Under the pieces are notes generated by a model. That model saw nothing but the letters and a program-made list of their open reading frames with translations, was not told the origin of the DNA and did no database searches. A DNA stretch of 64,000 bases from the NCBI GenBank assembly GCA_963675495.1, contig OY776215.1, positions 1,312,001-1,376,000 of the forward strand, read 5' to 3'. Source of the DNA: an uncultured Methanolobus sp. (GTDB lineage: Archaea > Halobacteriota > Methanosarcinia > Methanosarcinales > Methanosarcinaceae). Below, piece by piece: positions 1-8,749 of the stretch. Made by a program: the position numbers and the translations under genes. Within the stretch, counting starts at the first letter, position 1; each line of letters begins with the position of its first letter.

Positions 1-475
1 AACGGCCGTCCTTGACCCCTGTGTCCACCATTACCACGTCAACGCCTGCTTTTGCACCGACGGCAGGAAGCAGTTGTGGATTGATTGAATTGATACGCTC
101 ATAGTCAGAATAACCTGATGCGACTACCTTTTTCTCAGGGTCAAAGTCCTTTACCGCCTTTGTGATCTTGGTAAGCATTTCAAGAGCTTGTTCCTCGGTT
201 TGTACATCATACAGACCGACCTTAATGTAATCTGCACCTGCAACTGCGGCACCAAGTGCTGCAAGAGATGCGGTACCCGGTTTGAAATTAAAGTCACCGA
301 TTGTTGCGCTTATAGGCTTTTCCGACCTTATGGATTCCTTTACCGCACTTATTATCCATGGGAAATTTGCGCCAAGTGAACCTTCTTTTGGATTCTTTAC
401 GTCAACAATGTCAGCACCGCCTTCGTGTGATGCGATGGCCTCTTCCGGATTGATAGGACTTATTAGTAATTTCAT
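1..475 (-). CDS. mfnB: (5-formylfuran-3-yl)methyl phosphate synthase, methanofuran biosynthesis (runs off the window)
   Basis: Not in the ORF track. The minus strand from ATG 475 reads MKLLISPINPEEAIASHEGGADIVDVKNPKEGSLGANFPWII...GADYIKVGL...MVDTGVKDG, the DUF556/MfnB signature. GAGGT RBS upstream. Confidence 0.92.
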   Translation of the reverse strand, partial: MKLLISPINPEEAIASHEGGADIVDVKNPKEGSLGANFPWIISAVKESIRSEKPISATIGDFNFKPGTASLAALGAAVAGADYIKVGLYDVQTEEQALEMLTKITKAVKDFDPEKKVVASGYSDYERINSINPQLLPAVGAKAGVDVVMVDTGVKDGR

Positions 476-520
476 ATTATAACCTCTTTTTTTATAGCAT
501 GACAGGTGTATCAATTATAT

Positions 521-1231
521 ATGTTTCGTATCATTTTCGTTCTTGATATATTCAACCGGACCGTAGTCCATGCGCAAGGCGGGAATCGTAGTGAATACAA
601 ACCCATACATTTCTCCAGCCGCATATGCAACACATCCAATGCCGTTAAGATAGTCGATGCAGTAAAACCAGCAGAAGTATACATAGCAGACCTCAACCTG
701 CTCGAAAAGATCGGCAAGAGGGAAAAGAACTTCGACATCATAAAGGCCATTTCGGAGAATGCAAAGGTAATGCTGGACCCTGGTATCACATCTGTTTCTG
801 AAACAGAGGATGTCATGGAAATTGCACAATCCGTAATACTGGGAACTGAGACTGCATCCCTTGACACCATAAAACAGGTTAGTTCCTTGTACCCGGGAAG
901 AGTCAATGTCAGCATTGACAAGAAAAATGGCAAGATACTCACAAACGACCCATCTATGCCCGATGACCCTTTCAGGATAGTAGAGCTACTGAATGACTAT
1001 GACCTGGATAACATAATAATCCTGGACCTTGACAGGGTCGGTACATCAACTGGTGTGGATTCACAATTTTTAAGTAAGATCGTATCTATCTCAGACCATA
1101 ATGTGCTTCTTGGTGGCGGAGTCCGCAACGTGGAAGACATTGAGATACTGGAAGAGATAGGACTACAAGGCGCACTTGTTGCAACTGCACTACACAACGG
1201 TTCCATCCCTCTTCATGAAATTCAGAAATAA
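521..1231 (+). CDS. HisA/HisF-related TIM-barrel protein
   Basis: MFRIIFVLDI..VVHAQGGNR..Y.P, YIADL, LDLDRVGT.TG, LGGGVR, GALVATALH motifs. ATG 521 preferred over GTG 506. Confidence 0.8.
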   Translation: MFRIIFVLDIFNRTVVHAQGGNRSEYKPIHFSSRICNTSNAVKIVDAVKPAEVYIADLNLLEKIGKREKNFDIIKAISENAKVMLDPGITSVSETEDVMEIAQSVILGTETASLDTIKQVSSLYPGRVNVSIDKKNGKILTNDPSMPDDPFRIVELLNDYDLDNIIILDLDRVGTSTGVDSQFLSKIVSISDHNVLLGGGVRNVEDIEILEEIGLQGALVATALHNGSIPLHEIQK

Positions 1232-1298
1232 CATACTATAATTATATAGCAAAATTATCATTTATTGTATAACATAATTATCATTTATCGGTGAAATC

Positions 1299-1535
1299 AT
1301 GGCAGACAAGGAAGACAATGTAGAAATCGGCGAGAACTATGGAGAGATCAAGATGGGAGCCGGCTGGTTCCTGACCATTACCCTCGCATCAAGTGAAAGA
1401 TTCGAAAACGAATACATAGAGATCGCAAAGGAAAGAGGCGGACAGAAAAAAGCACGTTTCAACCTGAATCCTAAATATACCCGCACACTTGGAGAGGCTC
1501 TTATCAAGTTCGCCGACGAGAACGGCCTACAATAA
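1299..1535 (+). CDS. small hypothetical protein (78 aa)
   Basis: GGTGA RBS before ATG, host-like codon usage, T-rich tract downstream. Confidence 0.7.
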   Translation: MADKEDNVEIGENYGEIKMGAGWFLTITLASSERFENEYIEIAKERGGQKKARFNLNPKYTRTLGEALIKFADENGLQ

Positions 1536-1582
1536 TCCTTTTTTTTACTTTTTTAACTGCTGTAACCTTCCCTAAAGTATCA

Positions 1583-2194
1583 CTACTGATTAGTCCCTAC
1601 CAGAGATAATATAGCATCCAGGACATCTTTTTCTATCAGTTCGACCGGCCTGTCAGTGTTGATCACAACAAACCTTTCAGGATTATCTGCTGCAAGACGC
1701 AGGTAGTTCGCCCTTACTTCCTCAAGGAAACCTATCTTTTCGAACTTGGTCTGAGCACCACGGTTGCCACATCTCTCAACTGCGATCTTCGGATCAATAT
1801 CAAACAGTATAGTCATGTCAGGGTCTATTGTCCAGCCCCCGTGAATATCCTGTATCCATTGCATAGGATTGGCGAACCTGTCCTTCAGGGTCACCGCCTG
1901 GTAAGCATAACGGCTCCCTGAATAACGATCAGAGATCACATTCTTTCCACTTTCCAGAGCAGGGAGCAGAAGCTTAGAGATATGCTCCGCGTGGTCTGCG
2001 GTGAAAAGCAAAAGCTCTGCAAGGTTATCCGTATCAGAATGTATAGCACGGTTCACAGCCTCACCTATCCAGCCGGTGGTGGGTTCTCTTGTGAAAACAA
2101 ACTCTGAGAATCTGGAATTTGAATTCAGCAGACTTGTTATCGTCGATTTACCAGAACCATCTATACCTTCCAGAGTGATGAGTTTACCTTTCAT
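1583..2194 (-). CDS. tmk: thymidylate kinase
   Basis: LITLEGIDGSGKST P-loop, TREP and SDRY motifs. Start placed at MKGKL (2194). Confidence 0.93.
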   Translation of the reverse strand: MKGKLITLEGIDGSGKSTITSLLNSNSRFSEFVFTREPTTGWIGEAVNRAIHSDTDNLAELLLFTADHAEHISKLLLPALESGKNVISDRYSGSRYAYQAVTLKDRFANPMQWIQDIHGGWTIDPDMTILFDIDPKIAVERCGNRGAQTKFEKIGFLEEVRANYLRLAADNPERFVVINTDRPVELIEKDVLDAILSLVGTNQ

Positions 2195-2261
2195 GAGCAT
2201 CAACAATGAAAGCAAAGGAATACTATTTAGAGTATTTGTTCCACAGAAATGTCTGTTTCAT

Positions 2262-2390
2262 TTATGTCCTTGAAACGTCCTCACTGACGCACTGTGGGCA
2301 TTTCACCGGAAACATATCAGGATTTTCCATAAAAACGAATTCGCATGTATTGCATCTGAAGTATACTTTATTAGGGTCGTAGTCGTCCAT
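2262..2390 (-). CDS. 42-aa zinc-ribbon microprotein
   Basis: Below the ORF-track cutoff. Reads MDDYDPNKVYFRCNTCEFVFMENPDMFPVKCPQCVSEDVSRT with two CxxC pairs. GAGGA RBS 6 nt upstream. Confidence 0.75.
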   Translation of the reverse strand: MDDYDPNKVYFRCNTCEFVFMENPDMFPVKCPQCVSEDVSRT

Positions 2391-2511
2391 AATTAGTCCT
2401 CAAATAAGTATGACTTATAATGATAAATATAGTAATCGGTTGTATAAATATAAAACAAATGTATCCGGCAAAACTATATGCAAAGGAAAAGAACCCTGAA
2501 AAGGATATTAA

Positions 2512-3180
2512 ATGACAAGAATTGGAGTAATCACCAGGGGAAAGTACGGGAACCGTCTGATAGATACCATTAGCTCAAAAACTGAAATGGAAGTAGTTCA
2601 TACTTTTGTACCGCAGATGCTGCCTGACTTCATCGATGAGCCAGACGAATTCCTGGAAGGACTCAATATAGACAGCTCCGTGTTCGATTCGAACATTGTT
2701 ATCACCTATTCACTTCATCCTGACCTCACCGTAGCAATAGCACATAAGGCAGGAAAAGCCGGTGTTAAAGCCCTGATAGTACCAGGGGGAGCATCAAAGG
2801 CACCTGTAGTGGAGCTTGAAGGTATAGCAAAACAATATGGCATGCTCATTGAAGTTGAGGATATATGCTGCACCCTTCAGGAAAAACCGGAAACAAAAGA
2901 ACTTTGTTCGCACCTGTCAAGTCCTGTTCTTGATATTAATGTCGATAAAGGTATAATAGAATCCGTAGAAGTATTATGTGGGGCACCATGTGGAAGCACG
3001 TGGCACATGGCAAAGGAACTTGTGGGAATGAAGGTCGAAGAAGCACCTGCCAGAGCCGGACTGCTCATACAACAATACCCATGCAGGGCCGTCAGGGGAA
3101 ATATGGGCGGCATCCATGAATCCGGGGAGATTCATAAAAAGGCCGTCGAAGATGCGATCAGGAAGAAAAAAGAAAACTGA
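2512..3180 (+). CDS. DUF166-family protein
   Basis: GKYGNR, YSLHPDL, ICC, APCGSTW and YPCRA...IH.SG.IH motifs. Confidence 0.75.
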   Translation: MTRIGVITRGKYGNRLIDTISSKTEMEVVHTFVPQMLPDFIDEPDEFLEGLNIDSSVFDSNIVITYSLHPDLTVAIAHKAGKAGVKALIVPGGASKAPVVELEGIAKQYGMLIEVEDICCTLQEKPETKELCSHLSSPVLDINVDKGIIESVEVLCGAPCGSTWHMAKELVGMKVEEAPARAGLLIQQYPCRAVRGNMGGIHESGEIHKKAVEDAIRKKKEN

Positions 3181-3198
3181 GCATATAAATGGGGAAAT

Positions 3199-4929
3199 AT
3201 GGACAATATCCAGATAGCTGAAAGGTTCAACCAGATGGCGAAACTTCTGGAATTCAAGGGAGAGAATCCGTTCAAGACCAGAGCATATACAACTGCCGCA
3301 AGGACCATAAAAAGACTTGATGAAGAACTGGCATCATTATACAAGAATGGAAAAATTGACACCGTACCAGGAGTCGGTGAAGCACTTAAAGGCAAAATAG
3401 TAGAAATGCTGGAAACGGGTTCGTTCGATGCCTATGAGCGAACAGTGAAAGAAGTGCCAAATGGAATCATGGACATTATGAATATTCCCGGTATCGGTCC
3501 GAAAATGGCAAGGCAGTTCTACGAAAAACTTGGAATCACATCAATTGATGAGCTAAGCAAGGCTGCCAGGGAACACAGGATACGGAGACTTCCAAGGATG
3601 GGGGAAAAACAGGAAGATAAGATCCTCAGGTCCATCGTCCGGCTTCAACAGGACAAAGACCATGGGAGACACCAAATTGCGGCCGTCACAGACATCGCAA
3701 ATGAAATTACGGAGGAGTTGACCTTAAGCCCGTATATCGAAAAGGTAGCCGTAGCAGGTAGTTTGCGAAGAAAGAAAGATACTGTGGGAGATATTGACCT
3801 TATAGCAGTTTCAGATTATCCGGAAAAGACACTTCGAGCCTTTGTAAATCTGAGTAAGGTCGAAGAGGTACTGGAATCAGGAACTTCTAAAGGTGCTGTC
3901 ATGTATCCCGGGAACCTGCGTGTGGACCTGAGAGTTGTAGATAAAAATTCTTTTGGCTCAATGTTGCAGCACTTCACGGGCTCAAAGGAACATAATATCC
4001 ACCTTCGGAAAATCGCACTCTCTAAAGGATACAGCCTGAACGAGTATGGAATTACAAACGAGATCAGTGGCAAGCTCGCACCTTGCAGCAACGAAAAAGA
4101 CCTATATGATTTTCTGGGGCTGGAATATATAGCCCCTGAACTCAGGGAGAATCTGGGAGAGATAGAAGCAAGCCTCATAGGAAAGCTCCCCCACCTGATA
4201 GAAAGAAAAAACATTAAAGGTGATCTTCACGTCCATTCCAACTGGAGTGACGGTGTAAACACAATAGAAGAACTTGCAAATGCGGCCATTCAGCTAGGAT
4301 ATGAGTACATTGCAATCACAGACCACTCACATTCCACAGGTATTGCTAACGGGTTATCTGAAAAAAAATTGCTTGAACATATCGAAGAGATAGAGGACCT
4401 CAATAAGAGATTCGAAGACATCAGGATACTTTCAGGCACAGAATGTGACATTAAAGCAGACGGAAAGCTGGATTATAGTAATGACATCCTTGAAAAACTG
4501 GACATTGTAATTGTGGCTGTACACGCAGGACTGGAACAGGACATGAGCAAGATGACCAGAAGGATAGTTACAGCCCTTGAGAATGAACATGTGGACATAC
4601 TTGCCCATCCCACCGGCCGAAAATTTGGAAAACGACCTGCATATGATGTTGATATGGATAAAATATTAACAGTGGCAAAAGACAACGACAAAGTGCTTGA
4701 GCTAAATTCATCGCCCTGGAGACTTGACCTGAATGACACCAATGCAAGAAAAGCAAAGGATTATGGTGTTAAGATTGCCATCAACACGGACACACATGCA
4801 ATTGACCATTTTAACAATATATCATTTGGAATAGATGTCGCAAGAAGGGGTTGGCTAGAACCGGAAGATGTTATCAATACCATGAATATAAAGCAACTAT
4901 GTTCCAGACTTGGTATTCCAAAAAAATGA
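3199..4929 (+). CDS. polX: family X DNA polymerase with C-terminal PHP domain
   Basis: GENPFK.RAY, HhH motifs, GSLRR, GDID and RVD catalytic triad, HFTGS. PHP motifs DLHVHS, TDHS, LAHPT, NTDTH. Confidence 0.93.
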   Translation: MDNIQIAERFNQMAKLLEFKGENPFKTRAYTTAARTIKRLDEELASLYKNGKIDTVPGVGEALKGKIVEMLETGSFDAYERTVKEVPNGIMDIMNIPGIGPKMARQFYEKLGITSIDELSKAAREHRIRRLPRMGEKQEDKILRSIVRLQQDKDHGRHQIAAVTDIANEITEELTLSPYIEKVAVAGSLRRKKDTVGDIDLIAVSDYPEKTLRAFVNLSKVEEVLESGTSKGAVMYPGNLRVDLRVVDKNSFGSMLQHFTGSKEHNIHLRKIALSKGYSLNEYGITNEISGKLAPCSNEKDLYDFLGLEYIAPELRENLGEIEASLIGKLPHLIERKNIKGDLHVHSNWSDGVNTIEELANAAIQLGYEYIAITDHSHSTGIANGLSEKKLLEHIEEIEDLNKRFEDIRILSGTECDIKADGKLDYSNDILEKLDIVIVAVHAGLEQDMSKMTRRIVTALENEHVDILAHPTGRKFGKRPAYDVDMDKILTVAKDNDKVLELNSSPWRLDLNDTNARKAKDYGVKIAINTDTHAIDHFNNISFGIDVARRGWLEPEDVINTMNIKQLCSRLGIPKK

Positions 4930-5320
4930 TAATAAAATAAGATTCCAAGACTTAAGATTATAGATATATTTCACCATAAGGAAATAATTGATATTCTTGT
5001 TGCTTCCTTTCAGGAAAAAACAAAAAATATAAATTCCTCTTCTGTAAATTTAATTTTGATAAATACAAAAAAGAGGTAGAATTGCTGAAGAATTAACAAT
5101 TTAATAGACGGTGTTTTAGGTATTTTGTGCTTTGATGGTAGTTAAACACATCATAAATGGAAAATTATGAGGTGCAATTTTGAAAAATATGAAAACTAAC
5201 AGGCATGACAGATCTGTAAAAAAACATGAGATCGATTTCCAGAAAGAAATGAAAAGGCAACAAAAAAGAAGAACATGATAATATCGCTTTTTTGGATTAC
5301 TTTTTAATGAAAATATTAGC

Positions 5321-5339
5321 TGGCAGGATTATCCTGCCA
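5321..5339. terminator. inverted repeat just 3' of marker-14 gene
   Basis: TGGCAGGAT-T-ATCCTGCCA, 9-bp perfect arms. Confidence 0.4.
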
Positions 5340-5349
5340 ATTCCTATTA

Positions 5350-6786
5350 TCATTTGTTCTGCAATTTAATACGCTGACCAAGTATGCATTTTCCTCCTCT
5401 GTGGCCGCCCAGCGGATTAAAGGTGGTTCCCAGGGAATTCATACACCTTGCCATAACAGCGGCACCACGCGCAAGGCCATCGTCCACGAATACAACATGT
5501 TCATCGATCTTGTGATTGATACCAAGTTCATGAAGGTACTTCAGTATGAGTTTTGGCTTGTTACCGGTTATGCCCGCCCTTCCAGTGACACCTATTGCAG
5601 TATCCTCAAAGACAAGGCCCTCGTCCTGTGCCACCTTGACAAGACGCTGAACTACACGCCCCATGACCTCATCGATGACGGCAAACAGGAATTTTATATT
5701 GTGTTTTTCATATATCTCAGCACCAAGCGCTGCCAGTTTATCCATATCAGAACCATTGTCACCAATATCACAGCCAATTAGTACTACATTTATAGCATCT
5801 GCGGCCTCTGAATTTACAGGAACACTTCCGTATCGGTTACGGCCTTTGGGTACTTTCTCTATAATAATATAGTTCAGTATCTTCTCTGCATATTCATGAA
5901 TGGCTTTGCCCTTCAGTCTAAGAGTAATCCCATCAAGTGACTTGTCACCAGAAATATCAAGTGCGGTACCTTTTTTGGAATCAACCTCGCCAGTTCCTTT
6001 GATAATCGCGTCAGGAATCGCACCGGCGTAACCACAGAAGTTTCCGATGGTTTTCGCATAAGGAAGATCTGGGCTGATTATCCTGCCGTCAAGTGTGGTA
6101 CCAAAGTCCATGGAAATACATGGATTGCGGAAATCCACATCCACCCATTTTGCCCCTTCCTTAATTCCTGCTGTTGCAAGTTCTCCTTCCATTTCATTGG
6201 CAACTATTTCAACACCTGTTGCACCAGTAGGAGGGGTCACACTTGCCACTGCACCATCGAATATCACTTTTTCAAGTTTGGAGTATTTCTGGAACCTGTC
6301 AGGGAGATTGGAAATTGACATTGGAGGAGTCATTCTGTTTGGCGGTACTCCTGCCATTAAACATCCATCTGCCAGTGCCTTGATAAACTCACCGACTTCA
6401 TCAGGAGAATCGAAACCTGCGACAACACCTGTTGACCTGACAACAAAGTGAACATCTGTTTTAATGTCAAGGTTTGCCTCTTTCACAGCTCCAAGAAGTG
6501 TATTCTTCACCAATTCACTAACTGATTCCCTTGTCAGCTCGACACCGTTCAATGTCTTTCCAAATACTTCTTCCCCGGGTTTTGGGAGGCGGACATCCCT
6601 TGTCATACTAACTGTTTTTTTGACAAGCCTTGTCTTACCGTCTTCCAGATTGGTTGCGGTGAGAATACATTTTGTAGTGGTATTACCTACTTCTACAGAT
6701 GCTACAATAAAATATGATTTGGATTTGTCTTTAAGGTCAAGTAAGCGAACTGAAGGACTTTCTGCAATTCTGGGTTTATATGCCAT
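5350..6786 (-). CDS. methanogenesis marker protein 14 (DUF2114)
   Basis: ASVEVGNTTTKCIL, VRSTGV, NEMEGEL, DFGTTL, VDDGLARGAAVMARCMNSLG. Confidence 0.88.
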   Translation of the reverse strand: MAYKPRIAESPSVRLLDLKDKSKSYFIVASVEVGNTTTKCILTATNLEDGKTRLVKKTVSMTRDVRLPKPGEEVFGKTLNGVELTRESVSELVKNTLLGAVKEANLDIKTDVHFVVRSTGVVAGFDSPDEVGEFIKALADGCLMAGVPPNRMTPPMSISNLPDRFQKYSKLEKVIFDGAVASVTPPTGATGVEIVANEMEGELATAGIKEGAKWVDVDFRNPCISMDFGTTLDGRIISPDLPYAKTIGNFCGYAGAIPDAIIKGTGEVDSKKGTALDISGDKSLDGITLRLKGKAIHEYAEKILNYIIIEKVPKGRNRYGSVPVNSEAADAINVVLIGCDIGDNGSDMDKLAALGAEIYEKHNIKFLFAVIDEVMGRVVQRLVKVAQDEGLVFEDTAIGVTGRAGITGNKPKLILKYLHELGINHKIDEHVVFVDDGLARGAAVMARCMNSLGTTFNPLGGHRGGKCILGQRIKLQNK

Positions 6787-6795
6787 TTATTTCCC

Positions 6796-7197
6796 TCACA
6801 TATAGGGTTGAAGTTTCTGGATGATATTCTGTTTGGGTACAGCACCAATTAACTTATCGACATATTTTCCTTCTTTGAAGATAAGCATTGCAGGAATACT
6901 GGTTATTCCAAATTTTACTGCTGTCATTTTTTCCTCATCTACGTTCAACTTGCCAATGACTAATTTTCCCTGCATTTCGGTTGCCAATTCATCGAGAACA
7001 GGAGAGATCGTACGGCAAGGACCGCACCAAGGCGCCCAGCAATCCACCAATACCAAAGGATACTTTGATACGAATTCATCAAATATTGCATCCGCAATTG
7101 TCACAGGACTTGAAGGACACTGTTTTTTCTCCAGAGATTCTTTTAAGTCCTGCATCCTTTTTTGTCTGATAGATTCTAATTCATCCATTGAATTCAC
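6796..7197 (-). CDS. trxA: thioredoxin
   Basis: WAPWCGPC active site and SIP cis-Pro motif. Confidence 0.92.
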   Translation of the reverse strand: MNSMDELESIRQKRMQDLKESLEKKQCPSSPVTIADAIFDEFVSKYPLVLVDCWAPWCGPCRTISPVLDELATEMQGKLVIGKLNVDEEKMTAVKFGITSIPAMLIFKEGKYVDKLIGAVPKQNIIQKLQPYM

Positions 7198-7395
7198 CTT
7201 TTTGATTAGTAGTATTATTTACAAATATTTAACTGTGAACATGATTTGATATAGACGTTGGATTTCTTCGTAGTATCTGTTATTAACACATTTAATTGTT
7301 TGTATGGTTGTGTAATTACTCCACAATACCACCTTCTACAAGGAAATCCGGGAAAAAGGGATAAACATCAAAACAATAGATTAACATGGATAAAA

Positions 7396-8418
7396 ATGAC
7401 AAAATGGACACTTGAGAATATACTCAGAATCGACCCGCAAGAGTTTGAAGTACTTCTCTCAAGACTTTTTTCGAACATGGGATACAAGACAGAACTTACC
7501 CAATACTCCAGAGACAGAGGAATTGATATTGTTATTAGGATAGAGAACTTCGGACTCGCTCACAAATGGCTTGTTCAGGCGAAGAGATATTCAGAATCCG
7601 TAGGCGTAAAGGAAGTAAGAGAATACAGCAGTCTGAGATATCGTGATCGTGTTGATGGCGTGATAATTGCTGCAACCTCTTCATTCACTAAAGAAGCAAT
7701 GGAAGAAGCAGCGGAGCATAACCTTAAACTAATAGATGGAAACCTGCTTGTGGAAATGCTCAACCACTATTTACCTAACCAGTACACAGAAATTGCAGAC
7801 AATTCTGGGAAAAATACTGATAAACTGCCAGAGAAAATAGGCAATGGAGCTATTCTGAAAAGAGGAGAGAAAGTTCTTGCAAATGAAGTAGTAACGATGG
7901 CAAATGAAAAGTTCACTATTATTCTGACAAACAAGAATGTGTTCCTCAAAAAAGAAAGTTCCAGCTTCTTTTCAAAAAGTTCAAACATTGAAGAACGCAT
8001 TGAAATAAAGGACATTTTAGGATTGCATAACGAACCAAACAGATCCATATTAATAACAGGAACTAAAAAACTCAAAATGTATCCTATTAACTCCAGAAAA
8101 CTTCCTGAGCTGGTAAATATATTCGAAACCCTTCGCCCGGAATACCTGAGGGGTGAACACCTGAAGCTCTCATCAAGAAACGGAACACAACTTACAATAC
8201 TCACAAATAAGCGTCTAATTGTTTCTGAGATTTCAGGAGAGATGCAGAGGGAGATTCCAAACAAGAAGATCGTTGGTGTTGAACTGAAAGGTGGTTTCCT
8301 GAAAAAGGATCAGTTGCTTGTGTTGGAAGATTCCGGCGTTGTAGTAAAACATTATTTTGATGTCAATGAACCTGCAAAATGGAAAGAAATGATAGAACAA
8401 TGCGTCAGAACATATTAA
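7396..8418 (+). CDS. Mrr-like restriction endonuclease with two C-terminal PH-like repeats
   Basis: FE.L...LF..MGY...T..S.DRGID...VQAKRY...VGVKEVRE...TSSFT.EA...LIDG is the Mrr_cat pattern. The C-terminus has two LxRGE...ILTNK(N/R) repeats. Start placed at ATG 7396. Confidence 0.8.
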   Translation: MTKWTLENILRIDPQEFEVLLSRLFSNMGYKTELTQYSRDRGIDIVIRIENFGLAHKWLVQAKRYSESVGVKEVREYSSLRYRDRVDGVIIAATSSFTKEAMEEAAEHNLKLIDGNLLVEMLNHYLPNQYTEIADNSGKNTDKLPEKIGNGAILKRGEKVLANEVVTMANEKFTIILTNKNVFLKKESSSFFSKSSNIEERIEIKDILGLHNEPNRSILITGTKKLKMYPINSRKLPELVNIFETLRPEYLRGEHLKLSSRNGTQLTILTNKRLIVSEISGEMQREIPNKKIVGVELKGGFLKKDQLLVLEDSGVVVKHYFDVNEPAKWKEMIEQCVRTY

Positions 8419-8428
8419 ATTTTTAATA

Positions 8429-8443
8429 ATACATCACATGTAT
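8429..8443. promoter_or_regulatory. candidate operator palindrome upstream of copZA
   Basis: ATACAT-CAC-ATGTAT just before TATATAA, with a second ATACATCA half-site at 8460. Confidence 0.35.
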
Positions 8444-8496
8444 GAAATCTATATAAGAGATACATCAAATAATTACTAACGGGGAGTCACAAAATA

Positions 8497-8706
8497 ATGG
8501 TTACAGAAACGATTAAAATTGAAGGTATGATGTGTGGACATTGCCAGGCAAACGTGGAAAAATCCATTGGTGCAATTGCAGGGGTCAGTGAAGTAAAAGT
8601 CGACCTTGAAGCGAAGCATGCGACAGTTACCTTTGATGATTCTGTTGCAAAACTTGATGCCATTAAGGCAGCAGTAGCAGACGCAGGTTATACTGTTGTA
8701 GCCTGA
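8497..8706 (+). CDS. copZ: copper chaperone (HMA domain)
   Basis: GMMCGHC motif, 69 aa, ends AGY, adjacent to copA. Confidence 0.9.
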   Translation: MVTETIKIEGMMCGHCQANVEKSIGAIAGVSEVKVDLEAKHATVTFDDSVAKLDAIKAAVADAGYTVVA

Positions 8707-8749
8707 AATCTCGAAAATATAACCATTTTCTTTTACTTTTTCCAGCAAC

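Noticed and set aside
3199-4929. PolX as an altered, inactive variant
   Set aside because: The DxD+D triad and PHP metal ligands appear intact, so it is an ordinary canonical PolX.
7258-7395. N-terminal extension of the Mrr-like ORF
   Set aside because: TTG start in AT-rich promoter sequence. Homology-like sequence begins at ATG 7396.
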